The notes: a model not told the origin generated them from the letters alone. 64,000 nt of DNA from an uncultured cyanobacterium (GCA_963706595.1 OY970166.1:5376001-5440000), one strand, 5' to 3'; numbered from the stretch's first letter, positions 1 through 11,080 are shown. Program-made: numbers and translations.

Positions 1-45
1 GTGAAAGCTTTGAGCAAAACTATCCCCTTTAGTCGAGTTAACAGC

Positions 46-107
46 TATCAGTTATCAGTTATCAGTTTAGACACTGCTTTCTGTTCACTGATAACTGACT
101 ACTGACT
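46..107. repeat. Heptamer tandem repeat (TATCAGT)x3 with inverted ACTGATA/ACTGACT copies
   Basis: TATCAGT at 46-66, complementary units at 87-107; typical Nostocales short tandem repeats. Confidence 0.8.
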
Positions 108-109
108 CA

Positions 110-285
110 ACTTTTGCCGTTCAGCACGGGAAAGATGCGAACTTGTTTTTATACCCTGCGTCTCGATGATACTATTGAGAAATCATTTGGTCTTGTACCC
201 TGTAGTAAGCGCAAGTTCCTTCACTGCGGCGGCTAAGGATTCGGGCTTGCCACATTACCTTCAGGTGTTGGGAAAGATTTGCCAC
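110..285 (+). ncRNA. ssaA: Putative 6S RNA (ends approximate)
   Basis: Long imperfect hairpin: GCCGTTCAG (116-124) pairs with CTGCGGCGGC (224-233), GAACTTG (139-145) pairs with CAAGTTC (212-218), central bubble with TTTTATACC; these segments resemble conserved 6S RNA regions. Confidence 0.65.
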
Positions 286-349
286 TTATATGCACATTTT
301 ACTATATCTGTCAACCTTGGCAGAAATATTCAGTCAAACTTTTCGATAC

Positions 350-829
350 TTAATCAGGGTTAATTCTCATCAAAGCCTGGCCATATTCCACCGGTTCGCC
401 ATTTTGGAGGAGAATTTCCATGACTTGCCCGGATACCTCAGCCTCAATTTCATTCATCAGCTTCATAGCTTCAATGATACAGACTGTTTGACCACTGCGG
501 ACGCGATCGCCTACTTTCACAAATGCGGCTTCCCCAGGTGCAGGAGCGCTGTAATAGGTTCCCACCATCGGCGAAGGCACTTCCACTAACCTCTTATCAA
601 TCGTTGAGGGGGGATTTGCTGACAACTGCACACTAGAAGTAGTGACAGCAGTCTCCAAGACGCAACTTGTTCCCACCTCCATGATTTGATTTGGCGCTGG
701 TTGAGTTTCTCGTGAACTCGATTTACGTACCGTTAGTTCAAAGTCATCGCTTTTGAGCGTTACTTCAGCAATATCTGTTTGGGCGATAGTTGCCAGTAGT
801 TGGCGGATTTCATTAAATTCCAATGGCAC
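350..829 (-). CDS. accB: Acetyl-CoA carboxylase biotin carboxyl carrier protein
   Basis: EAMKLMNEI biotinylation motif, SPMVGT; downstream of efp. Confidence 0.97.
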   Translation of the reverse strand: MPLEFNEIRQLLATIAQTDIAEVTLKSDDFELTVRKSSSRETQPAPNQIMEVGTSCVLETAVTTSSVQLSANPPSTIDKRLVEVPSPMVGTYYSAPAPGEAAFVKVGDRVRSGQTVCIIEAMKLMNEIEAEVSGQVMEILLQNGEPVEYGQALMRINPD

Positions 830-937
830 AGTTTTTATTACCTCGACCTAACCGTAAATCAAAATTTTAAGTTTGGCAGGGATTTAATCCCTAATATAGG
901 GATTTCAATCAGAATTGGTTCTGGAAACAGAGCCAGC

Positions 938-1495
938 TTATTCCCTGCCGAGATATTTGTCTTCACGAGTATCAATTTTGATACGTTCGCCTTGAGCAAC
1001 AAACAACGGCACCATGACAGTTGCTCCTGTTTCCAGAATAGCTGGTTTAGTTCCACCTGTAGCCGTATCACCTTTGATACCTGGATCTGTTTGGACAATT
1101 TCCAAAACCACAGAGTTGGGTAGTTCCACTTCTAGCACTTGCTCACCCCAACGAATCACATTAACTTCCATACCTTCCTTGAGGTATTTTACGCGATCGC
1201 CAATTTGCGCCACGGTTAATCTGCCTTCTTCGTAGGTTTCCATATCCATAAAGACAAGCTCTTCACCCTCTTTATAGGTATGCTGCATCGTACTTTTTTC
1301 CAGATTCGCTTGAGGTACTGTTTCCCCAGCGCGGAAGGTTTTTTCCACAACGCTGCCACTTTGGACGCTTTTGAGTTTTGTCCGCACAAAGGCAGAGCCT
1401 TTGCCTGGCTTAACGTGGAGGAATTCAACCACTCGCCATACATTCCCGTCTAATACAATGGACACACCGGGTCGAAAATCGTTACTAGATATCAT
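938..1495 (-). CDS. efp: Elongation factor P
   Basis: Start [10 protein letters not shown] (ATG 1495); [16 protein letters not shown] and [11 protein letters not shown] motifs. Confidence 0.98.
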   Translation of the reverse strand: MISSNDFRPGVSIVLDGNVWRVVEFLHVKPGKGSAFVRTKLKSVQSGSVVEKTFRAGETVPQANLEKSTMQHTYKEGEELVFMDMETYEEGRLTVAQIGDRVKYLKEGMEVNVIRWGEQVLEVELPNSVVLEIVQTDPGIKGDTATGGTKPAILETGATVMVPLFVAQGERIKIDTREDKYLGRE

Positions 1496-1748
1496 GAAGC
1501 TTTCAAATTTGGGAAGAGAATCGGCATTTATTGTACCCTTCAAGGGTCTTAATTAGTCATTAATCATCAATTAATTAGTCAAGTGATGGGAAACTGGGGA
1601 CTAAAGACTGGGGACGGGGAGAGAATTTGAGCTTTTTTTCTCATCCCTCATCCTGAATTCCCCCATGACTCAGCACTCGTACTGTGGGAAGATGATTGAT
1701 GGGTTACGCCTAGTCAACAATTTCATGTTGCATTTGACTTATTCCATC

Positions 1749-2852
1749 ATGTTTAACATATTAAAATCCTGGCTGAAGAACAGCCTAACGGCAATATTGT
1801 TAGTAACAATATTTTTAGGCATAAGTACAGTTAACTGGACTCCTCCTAGTAACGCCGCCCTACCAGCCGGAAATGCAATTACTGAAGGCAAGGCTTTATT
1901 ACGGTATGCACTCCCCATAGACAATAAACCAGTCCGGCGATTGCAAGGCAGTTTAGAAGACATCGCTACTCAACTGCGGGCAAATCGACGGTGGGGTGCG
2001 ATGTCTAGCGACCTCAAAACAGCCTCACGCATTCTCGATCAACCTAACCAAATCCTAGCAAGCGTTCCCGCCGAACGCCAACCCCAAGCCGAAGCTTGGA
2101 TTGCTGAGTTGAAATCTGGTGTAGATTCACTCCAAGAAGCGGTAAAAGTTAAAGACAAAGAACAAATTCTCGAAGGTAGAAACAAACTCCTGGATATTGT
2201 CACCCTTCTAGAAGAGTCAATGGTGACAGAATTTCCCTTTGAAGTCCCTTCTGAGTACAATAACCTCCCTCAACTCAAAGGTCGGGCGACAGTGGCAATG
2301 AAAACCAGCAAAGGCGACCTGACTATGGTGCTAGATGGTTATAGCGCCCCTGTCACAGCCGGCAACTTTGTCGATTTAGTTCAGCGAGGTTTTTATGACG
2401 GCTTACAATTTACCCGTTCTGAAGAATCTTACGTCCTCCAAACCGGAGATCCACAGGGAAAAGAAGTCGGTTTCATCGATCCCAAAACTGGCAAATACCG
2501 TGCTGTTCCTTTAGAAGTCTTGGTTGAAGGCGACGACGAACCCACCTATGGTATTACTCTCGAAGAAGCTGGGCGTTATCTTGATATGCCAGTTTTGCCT
2601 TTTTCTTCCTTTGGTGCATTGGCGATGGCTCGTCCTGAAACGGAAGCAAATGGCGGTTCTTCGCAATTTTTCTTCTTTTTGTTTGAGCCAGAACTGACTC
2701 CGGCGGGACGAAACCTGTTAGATGGTCGCTATGCGGTTTTTGGCTATCTCACCGAAGGTAAGGAAATTTTGGATAAGCTCAAGGAAGGTGACAAGATTGA
2801 GTCAGCAACCGTGGTTCAAGGACTCGAAAATTTAGTTCAGCCGCAAGCTTAG
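1749..2852 (+). CDS. Cyclophilin-type peptidyl-prolyl isomerase (TLP40/CYP38-like)
   Basis: Signal peptide, LLRYALP helical bundle, APVTAGNFVDLV and LDGRYAVFGY cyclophilin motifs; probable start ATG 1749. Confidence 0.92.
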   Translation: MFNILKSWLKNSLTAILLVTIFLGISTVNWTPPSNAALPAGNAITEGKALLRYALPIDNKPVRRLQGSLEDIATQLRANRRWGAMSSDLKTASRILDQPNQILASVPAERQPQAEAWIAELKSGVDSLQEAVKVKDKEQILEGRNKLLDIVTLLEESMVTEFPFEVPSEYNNLPQLKGRATVAMKTSKGDLTMVLDGYSAPVTAGNFVDLVQRGFYDGLQFTRSEESYVLQTGDPQGKEVGFIDPKTGKYRAVPLEVLVEGDDEPTYGITLEEAGRYLDMPVLPFSSFGALAMARPETEANGGSSQFFFFLFEPELTPAGRNLLDGRYAVFGYLTEGKEILDKLKEGDKIESATVVQGLENLVQPQA

Positions 2853-2861
2853 AAGATGAAT

Positions 2862-2901
2862 GAGACGCGATGAGATAAGACGCGATAAATCGCGTCTCTA
2901 C
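2862..2901. repeat. REP-like palindrome with partial duplication
   Basis: AGACGCGATAAATCGCGTCTCTAC preceded by a partial copy GAGACGCGAT; related palindromes at ~5894-5921 and ~44237-44263. Confidence 0.7.
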
Positions 2902-3006
2902 AAGAAAATGTAAATATAAGAGTTTGAGGAGGGGTTGTTTAGGACTACTCCTCTTTTTTTTAATTGCAGTCTAATCCAAAATCTAAAATCTAAAATCTAA
3001 AATTGA

Positions 3007-4019
3007 ATGACTAAAGTTAAAGATATTGGCGAACAAGGTGTTTTAAAAAAATTGCAGCGTTTCTGTCCCCCAGGAATGATTGGCGATGATGCAGCAGTAC
3101 TTTTAACTGCACCAGATAAATCTTTAGTAGTGACAACAGATGTCCTCGTTGATGGCGTGCATTTTAGCAATGTCACTACATCGCCAGAAGATGCTGGTTG
3201 GCGGGCTGTGGCTGCTAATTTATCAGATTTGGCCGCAATGGGGGCTGATCCTCTAGGAATTACCGTCGGTTTGGGATTACCTGGGGAAGTGCTGGTGAGT
3301 TGGGTGGAAAGATTATACGAGGGCATGACAGAATGCCTCCAGAAATACAATAGCGTAATTGTGGGCGGTGATATTGTGCGATCGCCTGTAACTACTATCT
3401 CCATCACCGCCTTTGGACAAGTTCCTCCCCAGAGGATTATCCGACGTGATGCCGCTCAAGTGGGTGATGCGATCGCCGTCACAGGAGTTCACGGAGCATC
3501 CCACGCAGGCTTACAATTGCTTTTGCATCCCGAATTAAAGCAAAACCTCTCCGCTACCGAACAAAGGAAACTGATCACAGCCCACCAACGACCACAACCC
3601 AGATTAGATGTTTTACCCATACTCTGGGAAATTCTTTCATCCTACCCCCCATCTACCCATATCCCTATCGCTGGCATGGACAGCAGCGACGGCTTGGCAG
3701 ATGCGATTTTGCAAATTTGCCGTGCTAGTAGTGTTGGCGCTGTCCTAGAAGCCAGGCAAATCCCATTAGACGCAACTTTTCACCACTGGCTAACACCAGA
3801 AAAAGCTCTGGAATATGCCCTTTACGGCGGAGAAGACTTTGAATTAGTCCTGTGCTTACCAGCGTTCTTGCCCAGACTTTAGTCACAAAACTCGGTGACA
3901 GCGCCGCTATAGTGGGAACAATTACCACAGGTTCCCAAGTAATACTGCAAGACCAACATAAAAAAAGCCCCGACCAAGTTTTAACTCTCAGCAGGGGATT
4001 CCAACATTTCACGCAATAG
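3007..4019 (+). CDS. thiL: Thiamine-monophosphate kinase (apparent frameshift near 3863)
   Basis: GDDAA, NLSDLAAMG, DSSDGL, GGEDFELV; C-terminus (...AAIVGTITTG...GFQHFTQ*) continues in another frame to TAG 4017-4019. Confidence 0.92.
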
Positions 4020-4027
4020 CCCAAGTC

Positions 4028-4066
4028 ACTAATGACTAATGACTAATGACTAATGACTAATAACTA
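4028..4066. repeat. (ACTAATG)n heptamer repeat between convergent genes
   Basis: About 5 tandem units; same family at 9482-9515 and 36958-37014. Confidence 0.85.
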
Positions 4067-5077
4067 AGCCCACTTTGTAGCTACTAGTTCTGCCAAATCT
4101 AGAACTCGTTGGCTGTAACCCCACTCATTGTCATACCACGCCATAACTTTCACCATGTCATTCCCCATGACTATGGTCAAGCTGGAATCGATAATGGAAG
4201 AAGCATCAGAACCTTGATAATCGGAAGATACCAATTGTAATTCGCTGTAGTCCAAAATGCCTTTGAGTGAACCTTCTGAGGCTTCTTTGAGCGCTTGATT
4301 AACTTCTTCAGTAATAGTACGCTTCTCAACTTGAACTACGAAATCTACCATTGAGACGTTTGGGGTAGGTACGCGTAAAGCCACACCATTCAGCTTACCT
4401 TTGAGGTCTGGGATGACCAGCGCTACTGCTTTAGCCGCACCAGTGGAGGTGGGGACAATGTTAATAGCTGCTGCTCTCGCCCGTCGCAAATCCCGGTGAG
4501 AAGCGTCTAGCAAGCGCTGGTCCCCAGTGTAGCTGTGAGTGGTGGTCATCGTGCCTTTGATGATCCCAAATTTATCGTTCAACACTTTCGCTATAGGAGC
4601 CAAGCAGTTGGTAGTACAGCTGGCGTTACTAATGACGTGGTGCTGGTTGTGGTCATAGTCGTGATGATTCACGCCCATCACAAAAGTACCATCTTCGTTT
4701 TTACCAGGAGCGGTGATCAGAACTTTTTTGGCTCCAGCATTTATATGCTTCTGTGCGCCATCCCGACTGGTAAATACACCTGTTGCTTCGATAATCAGGT
4801 CAATTTCCCACTCTTTCCAGGGCAAGTTTTCCGGGTTGCGATCCGATACGCATTTGATGGTCTTACCGTTAACGATGATCGAATTATCATCGGCGGTAAT
4901 GTCAGCATTCCTTAACTTCCCAAGCATGGAGTCATACTTTAGGAGGTGTGCATTGGTTCTAGGGTCTGATGTGTCGTTAATAGCGATCAAGTCAATGTTG
5001 CTATTTTCTCTGCCTACCCAGCAGCGTGCAAAGTTACGTCCAATACGCCCAAAACCGTTGATTGCGACTCTAATCAC
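4064..5077 (-). CDS. gap2: NAD(P)-dependent glyceraldehyde-3-phosphate dehydrogenase (Calvin-cycle type)
   Basis: [38 protein letters not shown] typical of cyanobacterial Gap2. Confidence 0.96.
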   Translation of the reverse strand: MIRVAINGFGRIGRNFARCWVGRENSNIDLIAINDTSDPRTNAHLLKYDSMLGKLRNADITADDNSIIVNGKTIKCVSDRNPENLPWKEWEIDLIIEATGVFTSRDGAQKHINAGAKKVLITAPGKNEDGTFVMGVNHHDYDHNQHHVISNASCTTNCLAPIAKVLNDKFGIIKGTMTTTHSYTGDQRLLDASHRDLRRARAAAINIVPTSTGAAKAVALVIPDLKGKLNGVALRVPTPNVSMVDFVVQVEKRTITEEVNQALKEASEGSLKGILDYSELQLVSSDYQGSDASSIIDSSLTIVMGNDMVKVMAWYDNEWGYSQRVLDLAELVATKWA

Positions 5078-5194
5078 AGTGTCTTACCCTCTGTATTTAT
5101 GCCTATAAATTGATATCTTTGAACCCAATCATATCGCAAAGGGGGGGGGTATTAATAACCATAAAGTGTTTGATCAATAAAAAAAACACAGATT

Positions 5195-5821
5195 TTATTC
5201 AGATTTATCTGAGTAAAGGCTGTGAGTCGTGATGTACGATCTGACCGATTCTGGGACTAAATAGCGAATTGACTGGCGATCGCGGCAAAATTTACGAATT
5301 AGACTTGACGAAATTCCTACTAAAGGTATATTCAATAATTGCCAGTCAATAGTCAGCAACTGCTCTCTGAATTGTTGCTCCACTTGCTTGCAGATTAGCT
5401 GACTTTGAGCTATAGTCTCACCACCTAGCAGTCGGGGTGCGATTAACCAATCACACATTTGTGCTAGTTCGTGTCCACGGTACCAATGGGGTAAGGTTTT
5501 AAATGTATCCAAACCCACAATCCAGTACCAGTGAGTATTTGCGTAACAACTAGATAAGTCCATCAAGGTATTGATGGCATAAGAAGTTCCGGAGCGTTTT
5601 GCCTCTATTAGGGAGACAGTAAATGCTGGGTTTTCGCTTGTTGCTAATTTCAGCATTTGCCCACGATGTTCAAACATAACTGCTTTTTTATGAGGAGGGT
5701 TTAGTGATGGCACCCAAATTACCTTTTCCAGGGATACTTGAGACAAAGCTGTTTGGGCTACGAGTAAGTGTCCCCAATGAATTGGATCGAATGTGCCACC
5801 AAAGATTCCTATATGCTGCAT
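5195..5821 (-). CDS. nadD: Nicotinate-nucleotide adenylyltransferase
   Basis: GGTFDPIHWGH and ISSSLIR motifs. Confidence 0.95.
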   Translation of the reverse strand: MQHIGIFGGTFDPIHWGHLLVAQTALSQVSLEKVIWVPSLNPPHKKAVMFEHRGQMLKLATSENPAFTVSLIEAKRSGTSYAINTLMDLSSCYANTHWYWIVGLDTFKTLPHWYRGHELAQMCDWLIAPRLLGGETIAQSQLICKQVEQQFREQLLTIDWQLLNIPLVGISSSLIRKFCRDRQSIRYLVPESVRSYITTHSLYSDKSE

Positions 5822-6233
5822 TCAGTCATGCCTAAACTTGATTCAATTCCCCAAAATTTTAATACAAATATACTACTAAGCTCAATTCGCGGCCTAGAGA
5901 CGTTGCATTCAACGTCTCTACATTTTAAAGGCAGTTTCATTACCTATGAATGACTGTAGCCAAAACGAGTCAGGAATTTAGAAAGATGTATTTGAAACTA
6001 CAAGATTTTCTGTCCCGATGCGGCCTAAACTTGCAGAATAATCTTGATGACAGTTCAGAAATAGTAAAAACCTCCAACAAAGGTAAAATCATTCTCAATC
6101 AGCAAAACAATAGAGGAAAACAATCCGAACATCAGGTATAAACAAGATGCAAGCGCAGTTACGGTAAAAATCAAATTCCTGTTATGATACGCGTGTCATT
6201 TGTGATTATGGTGTGGTGTAAGAGGGCTAATCA

Positions 6234-7722
6234 ATGAGTAATTATGTAGATTTTAGTGGCAGACCATTTCATTTCATTGGCATCGGTGGCATAGGGATGT
6301 CTGCCCTAGCTTATGTTCTGGCAAAGCGTCAAATACCAGTATCAGGTTCTGATCTTCGTTCAAGTCATATTACGCAGCAAGTTGGAATCCATCGGAACCA
6401 ATATTTTTGGTAGGCAAGAGGCAAGTAATCTCGAATTCTTTGGCTCCAGTGAATCACATAATAGAGTATTATTAACTTCACCAGAAATATTGGCTACTGC
6501 TAGCAACTCAACACTACCTCAAGTTGTTTGTTCCACAGCAATTAATGCCAATAATTTGGAATACAAAGCAGCACTGGAATTAGGATGTCCAATTTTACAT
6601 CGTTCAGATGTACTAGCTGCCTTGATTTCAGATTACTATAGCATCGCAGTTGCCGGAACCCACGGTAAAACTACGACCAGTAGCATGATTGGCTATATGC
6701 TCTTAGAAGCTGGTCTAGACCCGACAATTATTGTCGGTGGTGAAGTTGATGCTTGGGAAGGAAATGCTCGATTAGGGCAAAGCCAGTATTTGGTAGCTGA
6801 GGCGGATGAATCTGATGGTTCCCTGGTGAAACACGCCCCGGAAATCGGCATTATTACTAATATTGAACTTGATCATCCTGATCACTACGACACATTAGAA
6901 GAAGTAGTTAACATCTTCCAAAAATTTGCCGATGGTTGTAAGACTCTGATATGTTGTCTTGATTGTGATACGGTGCGCGAGTTGCTACACAAAGCCGGAG
7001 GCGATCGCTTCAAACCGACAATTACCTACAGCCTCAACCCAGAAACCAACGCCGATTATACCGCGACTAATATTGACTATCGCGCTGATGGGACTACAGC
7101 CCTAGTTTGGGAAAAAGGCAAAGCCTTGGGAGTATTGAAATTACGGTTGCTGAGTCGGCATAATCTGAGTAATGCTCTGTCAGCCGTAGCTGTGGGTCGC
7201 GCCTTGGGTTTAGAATTTGGCGCGATCGCCAAGGGTATTGCCACCTTTGAAGGAGCTAGACGACGCTTTGAGTTGCGAGGAGAAGTTAGTGGTATTACCT
7301 TCATTGATGACTATGCCCACCACCCCAGTGAAATTCGCGCTACTTTAGCTTCTGCACGCCTCCAAGCCAGACCAGAGCAAAGAGTGGTAGCCATTTTCCA
7401 ACCCCATCGCTATAGTCGCACATTGACATTTTTGACAGAATTTGCCGAGTCATTTACTCATGCTGATGTAGTGGTGCTGACAGATATTTACAGTGCCGGT
7501 GAACCCAATTTAGGGCTAATAAGCGGCGAACAACTGGCAGCAGAAATAGGCAAATTTCACCCAAAAGTACTTTATCAACCAAATCTGCTGTTAATGAGTG
7601 AGTTCTTGGTGCAAACGCTGCATCCTGGAGATTTAGCGCTATTTCTGGGGGCTGGGAATTTAAATCAGGTGATTCCTGAAGTCATAAGTACCCTTTGTGA
7701 ACCTGCTATAGCCACATCTTAG
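6234..7722 (+). CDS. murC: UDP-N-acetylmuramate--L-alanine ligase (apparent +1 frameshift near 6376)
   Basis: ATG 6234 gives [26 protein letters not shown]; continues in ORF-track frame with [22 protein letters not shown]. Confidence 0.95.
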
Positions 7723-7832
7723 ATGCGGAAAAAAGTGCAGTTTCCCTGTACCTAGCAAGGATTCTATCGATTGATACTGTTGCTGTACTTTTACGGCAGT
7801 TAAATGTAAAAATTTCACAAATTTACGTAAAG

Positions 7833-8855
7833 ATGAAAATCTCCCAGGCAGCTGGAAATGTCTGCACAATTTTTGCTTCAACTACACAGAAGCAGGAAAC
7901 AGAAGATTCAAGTGATAGTAAAATAATTTACTTAAAGGGTACTGGTTGTGCGATTAAGTCACAAGCTTCCTTATCTGCATTTACTTCTTATCGAGTTGGG
8001 GGAGCTGCGGAATGGTACGTTGCTCCTAGTAATTTAGAAGCACTGCAAGCCAGTGTTGAGTACGCAAAAGAACATGACTTGACAGTAACAACACTAGGTG
8101 CTGGTTCTAACCTATTAGTAAGCGATCGCGGATTACCAGGCTTAGTCATTTCTACTCGTCATTTGCGCCATAGTTACTTTGATCCCCACACAGGTCAATT
8201 AACCGTAGCAGCCGGAGAATCAATTCCCAATCTGGCATGGCAAGCCGCAAAATTAGGTTGGCAAGGATTAGAGTGGGCTGTTGGTATCCCTGGCACTGTT
8301 GGGGGTGCTGTAGTCATGAATGCTGGGGCGCATAATAGCTGTATCGCAGATATGTTAGTTAGCGCCCAGGTACTTTCTCCCGACGGGACATTAGAAACTC
8401 TCACCCCAGCCCAGATAGGTTACAGCTATCGCTCTTCTTCATTGCAAAGTAGCGAATCTTCCACAGATAGGCGTTGCCAACGCATTGTTACCCAAGCCAC
8501 CTTTCAACTCCAACCGGGTACAGATCCAGCATTAGTTTTGGCAGTAACCAAGGAACACAAAAAACATCGATTAAGTACCCAGCCTTACAATTTCCCTAGT
8601 TGTGGCAGTGTGTTCCGCAATCCTACACCCTATTCTGCTGGGTGGTTAATTGAACAAACGGGTTTAAAAGGCTACCAAATTGGCGGAGCGCAAGTAGCAT
8701 TACTACACGCTAATTTTATCGTCAATCGTGGTGGGGCGAAAGCCAGCGATATTTTCGCTCTGATTCGTCATATCCAGCAGCAAGTCAAAGAACATTGGTC
8801 GATTTGCTTACAGCCAGAAGTAAAAATGATTGGTGAGTTTCTGGCCGCTGGTTAA
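7833..8855 (+). CDS. murB: UDP-N-acetylmuramate dehydrogenase
   Basis: [39 protein letters not shown]. Confidence 0.96.
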   Translation: MKISQAAGNVCTIFASTTQKQETEDSSDSKIIYLKGTGCAIKSQASLSAFTSYRVGGAAEWYVAPSNLEALQASVEYAKEHDLTVTTLGAGSNLLVSDRGLPGLVISTRHLRHSYFDPHTGQLTVAAGESIPNLAWQAAKLGWQGLEWAVGIPGTVGGAVVMNAGAHNSCIADMLVSAQVLSPDGTLETLTPAQIGYSYRSSSLQSSESSTDRRCQRIVTQATFQLQPGTDPALVLAVTKEHKKHRLSTQPYNFPSCGSVFRNPTPYSAGWLIEQTGLKGYQIGGAQVALLHANFIVNRGGAKASDIFALIRHIQQQVKEHWSICLQPEVKMIGEFLAAG

Positions 8856-8867
8856 GGTTGGGGAGTG

Positions 8868-9022
8868 GAAGAGGCAGGGGAGCAGGGAGCAGGGAGCAAG
8901 GGGGAGTTAGAAATAGAAATTACTTTAAACTTCCTTACTTAACAACCTTCCCTCTTCTCCCCCTGCCCCCTGCCCCCGTTCCTCTTCTCCCCTGCACCCT
9001 GCCCCCTGCCCCTCTGCCTCTT
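8868..9022. repeat. Composite element: purine-rich (GGGAGCA) left arm, unique core, pyrimidine-rich right arm
   Basis: Core AGAAATTACTTTAAACTTCC (8915-8934) is identical to 53112-53131; the arms are roughly complementary. Confidence 0.8.
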
Positions 9023-9130
9023 GACTCCCCACTTCCCAGCATTAATTATTGGTAATAAAACAGGCAAATTGCCCACCGCATCTATAATTGAATGTGATTT
9101 GTTATTCAACGCACGCGCGAACCATCAGTT

Positions 9131-9479
9131 ATGACAGGAAAAGGACAGGGATTCGGTTTTGGTTTGGGAAAAATGAGAGAACTCGCGGAACGCTTTCAAA
9201 AAAGCGCAGCAAGTTCAAGAAGGCGCTAAACTGCTTCAAGAAGAATTGGAGCAAATGGAAATCCAGGGAGAGTCTGGCGGTGGACTGGTTAAGGTAATTG
9301 TCAGTGGGAACCAAGAACCTAAGCGGGTGGAAATTGCCCCAGAAGCTCTAGCACAAGGTGCAGAATTACTTTCTGACCTCGTGACAGCGGCAATGAAAGA
9401 TGCCTACAACAAGTCCACTGCAACAATGCGGGAACGTATGGAAGACTTAACCAGTGGTCTGGAACTACCTGGATTTTAG
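9131..9479 (+). CDS. ybaB: YbaB/EbfC nucleoid-associated protein (apparent +1 frameshift near 9190)
   Basis: [18 protein letters not shown], then [13 protein letters not shown]...[18 protein letters not shown] in the shifted frame. Confidence 0.9.
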
Positions 9480-9548
9480 TTATTAGTCATTAGTCATTAG
9501 TCATTAGTCATTAGTCCCCTTTTATGACTCTGATGAAAGAAAAAAAAT

Positions 9549-9627
9549 GTAGGTTGGGTTGAACAAAGTGAAACCCAACGAAACCAAGGATTGTTGGCGT
9601 TGGGTTTCATTCCTCTACCCCTACTAC
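9549..9627. repeat. REP-like inverted pair
   Basis: GTAGGTTGGGTTGAACAAAGTGAAACCCAAC followed by an inverted degenerate copy GTTGGGTTTCATTCCTCTACCC. Confidence 0.65.
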
Positions 9628-9683
9628 GTCTAAATTCATCAAATTCCTGAAAAATCAGGGTTTATGATTTTTACATGACCGAA

Positions 9684-9850
9684 GCGATTTTAGATTTTAA
9701 ATTTTGGATTAAATGAAAATCTGAAATCTAAAAAATTTGGTCTCAAGCCTTTGTGTTCACTCAGAAGAAAAACAAAAATCTTTCCATGTTTAAGCCTCTT
9801 CTTTATAAGGAGAGGTTAATCCAAAATCCAAAATCCAAAATCCAAAATTG
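9684..9850. mobile_element. MITE-like element with inverted heptamer ends
   Basis: Left end (ATTTTAG/ATTTTGG)n, right end (ATCCAAA)n complementary; similar architecture at ~33436-33575. Confidence 0.5.
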
Positions 9851-9883
9851 AGTGACCTTTGATCGATACTAAGTAAAATATTT

Positions 9884-10393
9884 ATGCCTTACAAGTTGCT
9901 TTTTGTCTGTCTGGGGAACATCTGTCGTTCGCCATCGGCAGAAAACATTATGAATCATCTCATCGACCAGTCCAGCTTGAGCGATGGCTGCGCCGACACC
10001 AAAGGTGTACGCATCCTCTGTGATTCTGCTGGTACATCTAGTTATCACATAGGTAGCCCACCCGACCGCCGTATGAGTGCTGCTGCGACTGCAAAGTTGG
10101 GAATTAAACTGCTAGGTAAGGCTCGGCAATTTCAGAAATTAGACTTTCAGGACTTTGATATGATCCTGGCAATGGATCAAGAAAATTATGATAATATAGT
10201 CGCTCTTGATTCAACTGGGCAGTATCACCACAAAGTTTACCTGATGTGTGGTTTTTGCTCGCGCCACACCCTGAAGGAAGTTCCAGACCCTTACTACGGT
10301 GGAGTAGAGGGTTTTAATCAGGTCATAGATTTACTTGTGGATGCTTGTGAAGGTCTACTCCAACACGTCAATAGCCAGCAACTCAAAGCGTAA
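9884..10393 (+). CDS. Low-molecular-weight protein-tyrosine phosphatase
   Basis: VCLGNICRS P-loop, DSAGT, VPDPYYGG. Confidence 0.95.
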   Translation: MPYKLLFVCLGNICRSPSAENIMNHLIDQSSLSDGCADTKGVRILCDSAGTSSYHIGSPPDRRMSAAATAKLGIKLLGKARQFQKLDFQDFDMILAMDQENYDNIVALDSTGQYHHKVYLMCGFCSRHTLKEVPDPYYGGVEGFNQVIDLLVDACEGLLQHVNSQQLKA

Positions 10394-10396
10394 ACG

Positions 10397-11080
10397 CTAT
10401 TCCACCAGTCCATGCTTCATGGCAAAACGCACCAGTTCGGCTCGGTTACTGGTGGCAGTTTTTCTTAATAAACTGCTCACATACTTTTCTACTGTTCTCG
10501 GACTCAAGTGCAGTTGATGTCCCATATCAGCATTAGAAAAACCATGAGTCAACAGTTCTAGGACTTCTTGTTCTCTAGATGTCAAGGATGCTAACAGATG
10601 GGGTGGCTGAATATGAGTCGATAGAGAATTGGGGATTTCCACCTCTTTTGAGTGTACGAAACTGCCCAAATTCTCTTTATGAGAAAAGCGGGACTCAGAT
10701 TGAATAATTTGCGATCGCTCCAGAAGATTACGAATTGCTGCGGCTAACTCCTCTAGTTCAAAAGGCTTAGGTAAGTACAAATCGCACCCCGACTGGTAGC
10801 CCAGTATTCTTTCTTGGGTCTTTGTGCGTGCTGTTAATAAAATTACAGGTAATAACCGGAATGCCGGTTGCTGGCGGACTCGACGTACCAGTTCGTAGCC
10901 GTTCATTCGTGGCATAATGATATCAGTCACGATCAAATCAGGATGGTAATTATCCACCATTACCAAAGCTTCTTGACCGTCATTCGCTGTCACCACAGAG
11001 TAGCCAGACAGTTCCAGATAATCACCAATAGACAGACGAGTTCCCAGGTCATCATCCACAACAAGAATAGTCAAGGGCAT
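10397..11080 (-). CDS. NarL/LuxR-family response regulator
   Basis: REC domain (VVDDD, TDIIMP, KP) plus C-terminal LuxR HTH (LTSREQEVL...SPRTVEKYVS). Confidence 0.93.
   Translation of the reverse strand: MPLTILVVDDDLGTRLSIGDYLELSGYSVVTANDGQEALVMVDNYHPDLIVTDIIMPRMNGYELVRRVRQQPAFRLLPVILLTARTKTQERILGYQSGCDLYLPKPFELEELAAAIRNLLERSQIIQSESRFSHKENLGSFVHSKEVEIPNSLSTHIQPPHLLASLTSREQEVLELLTHGFSNADMGHQLHLSPRTVEKYVSSLLRKTATSNRAELVRFAMKHGLVE

Noticed and set aside
166..589. Plus-strand ORFs 166-363 and 290-589
   Set aside because: They overlap the putative 6S RNA and are antisense to accB; shadow ORFs
5768..6141. Short ORFs between nadD and murC
   Set aside because: Divergent promoter region containing a REP palindrome; no motif or RBS support
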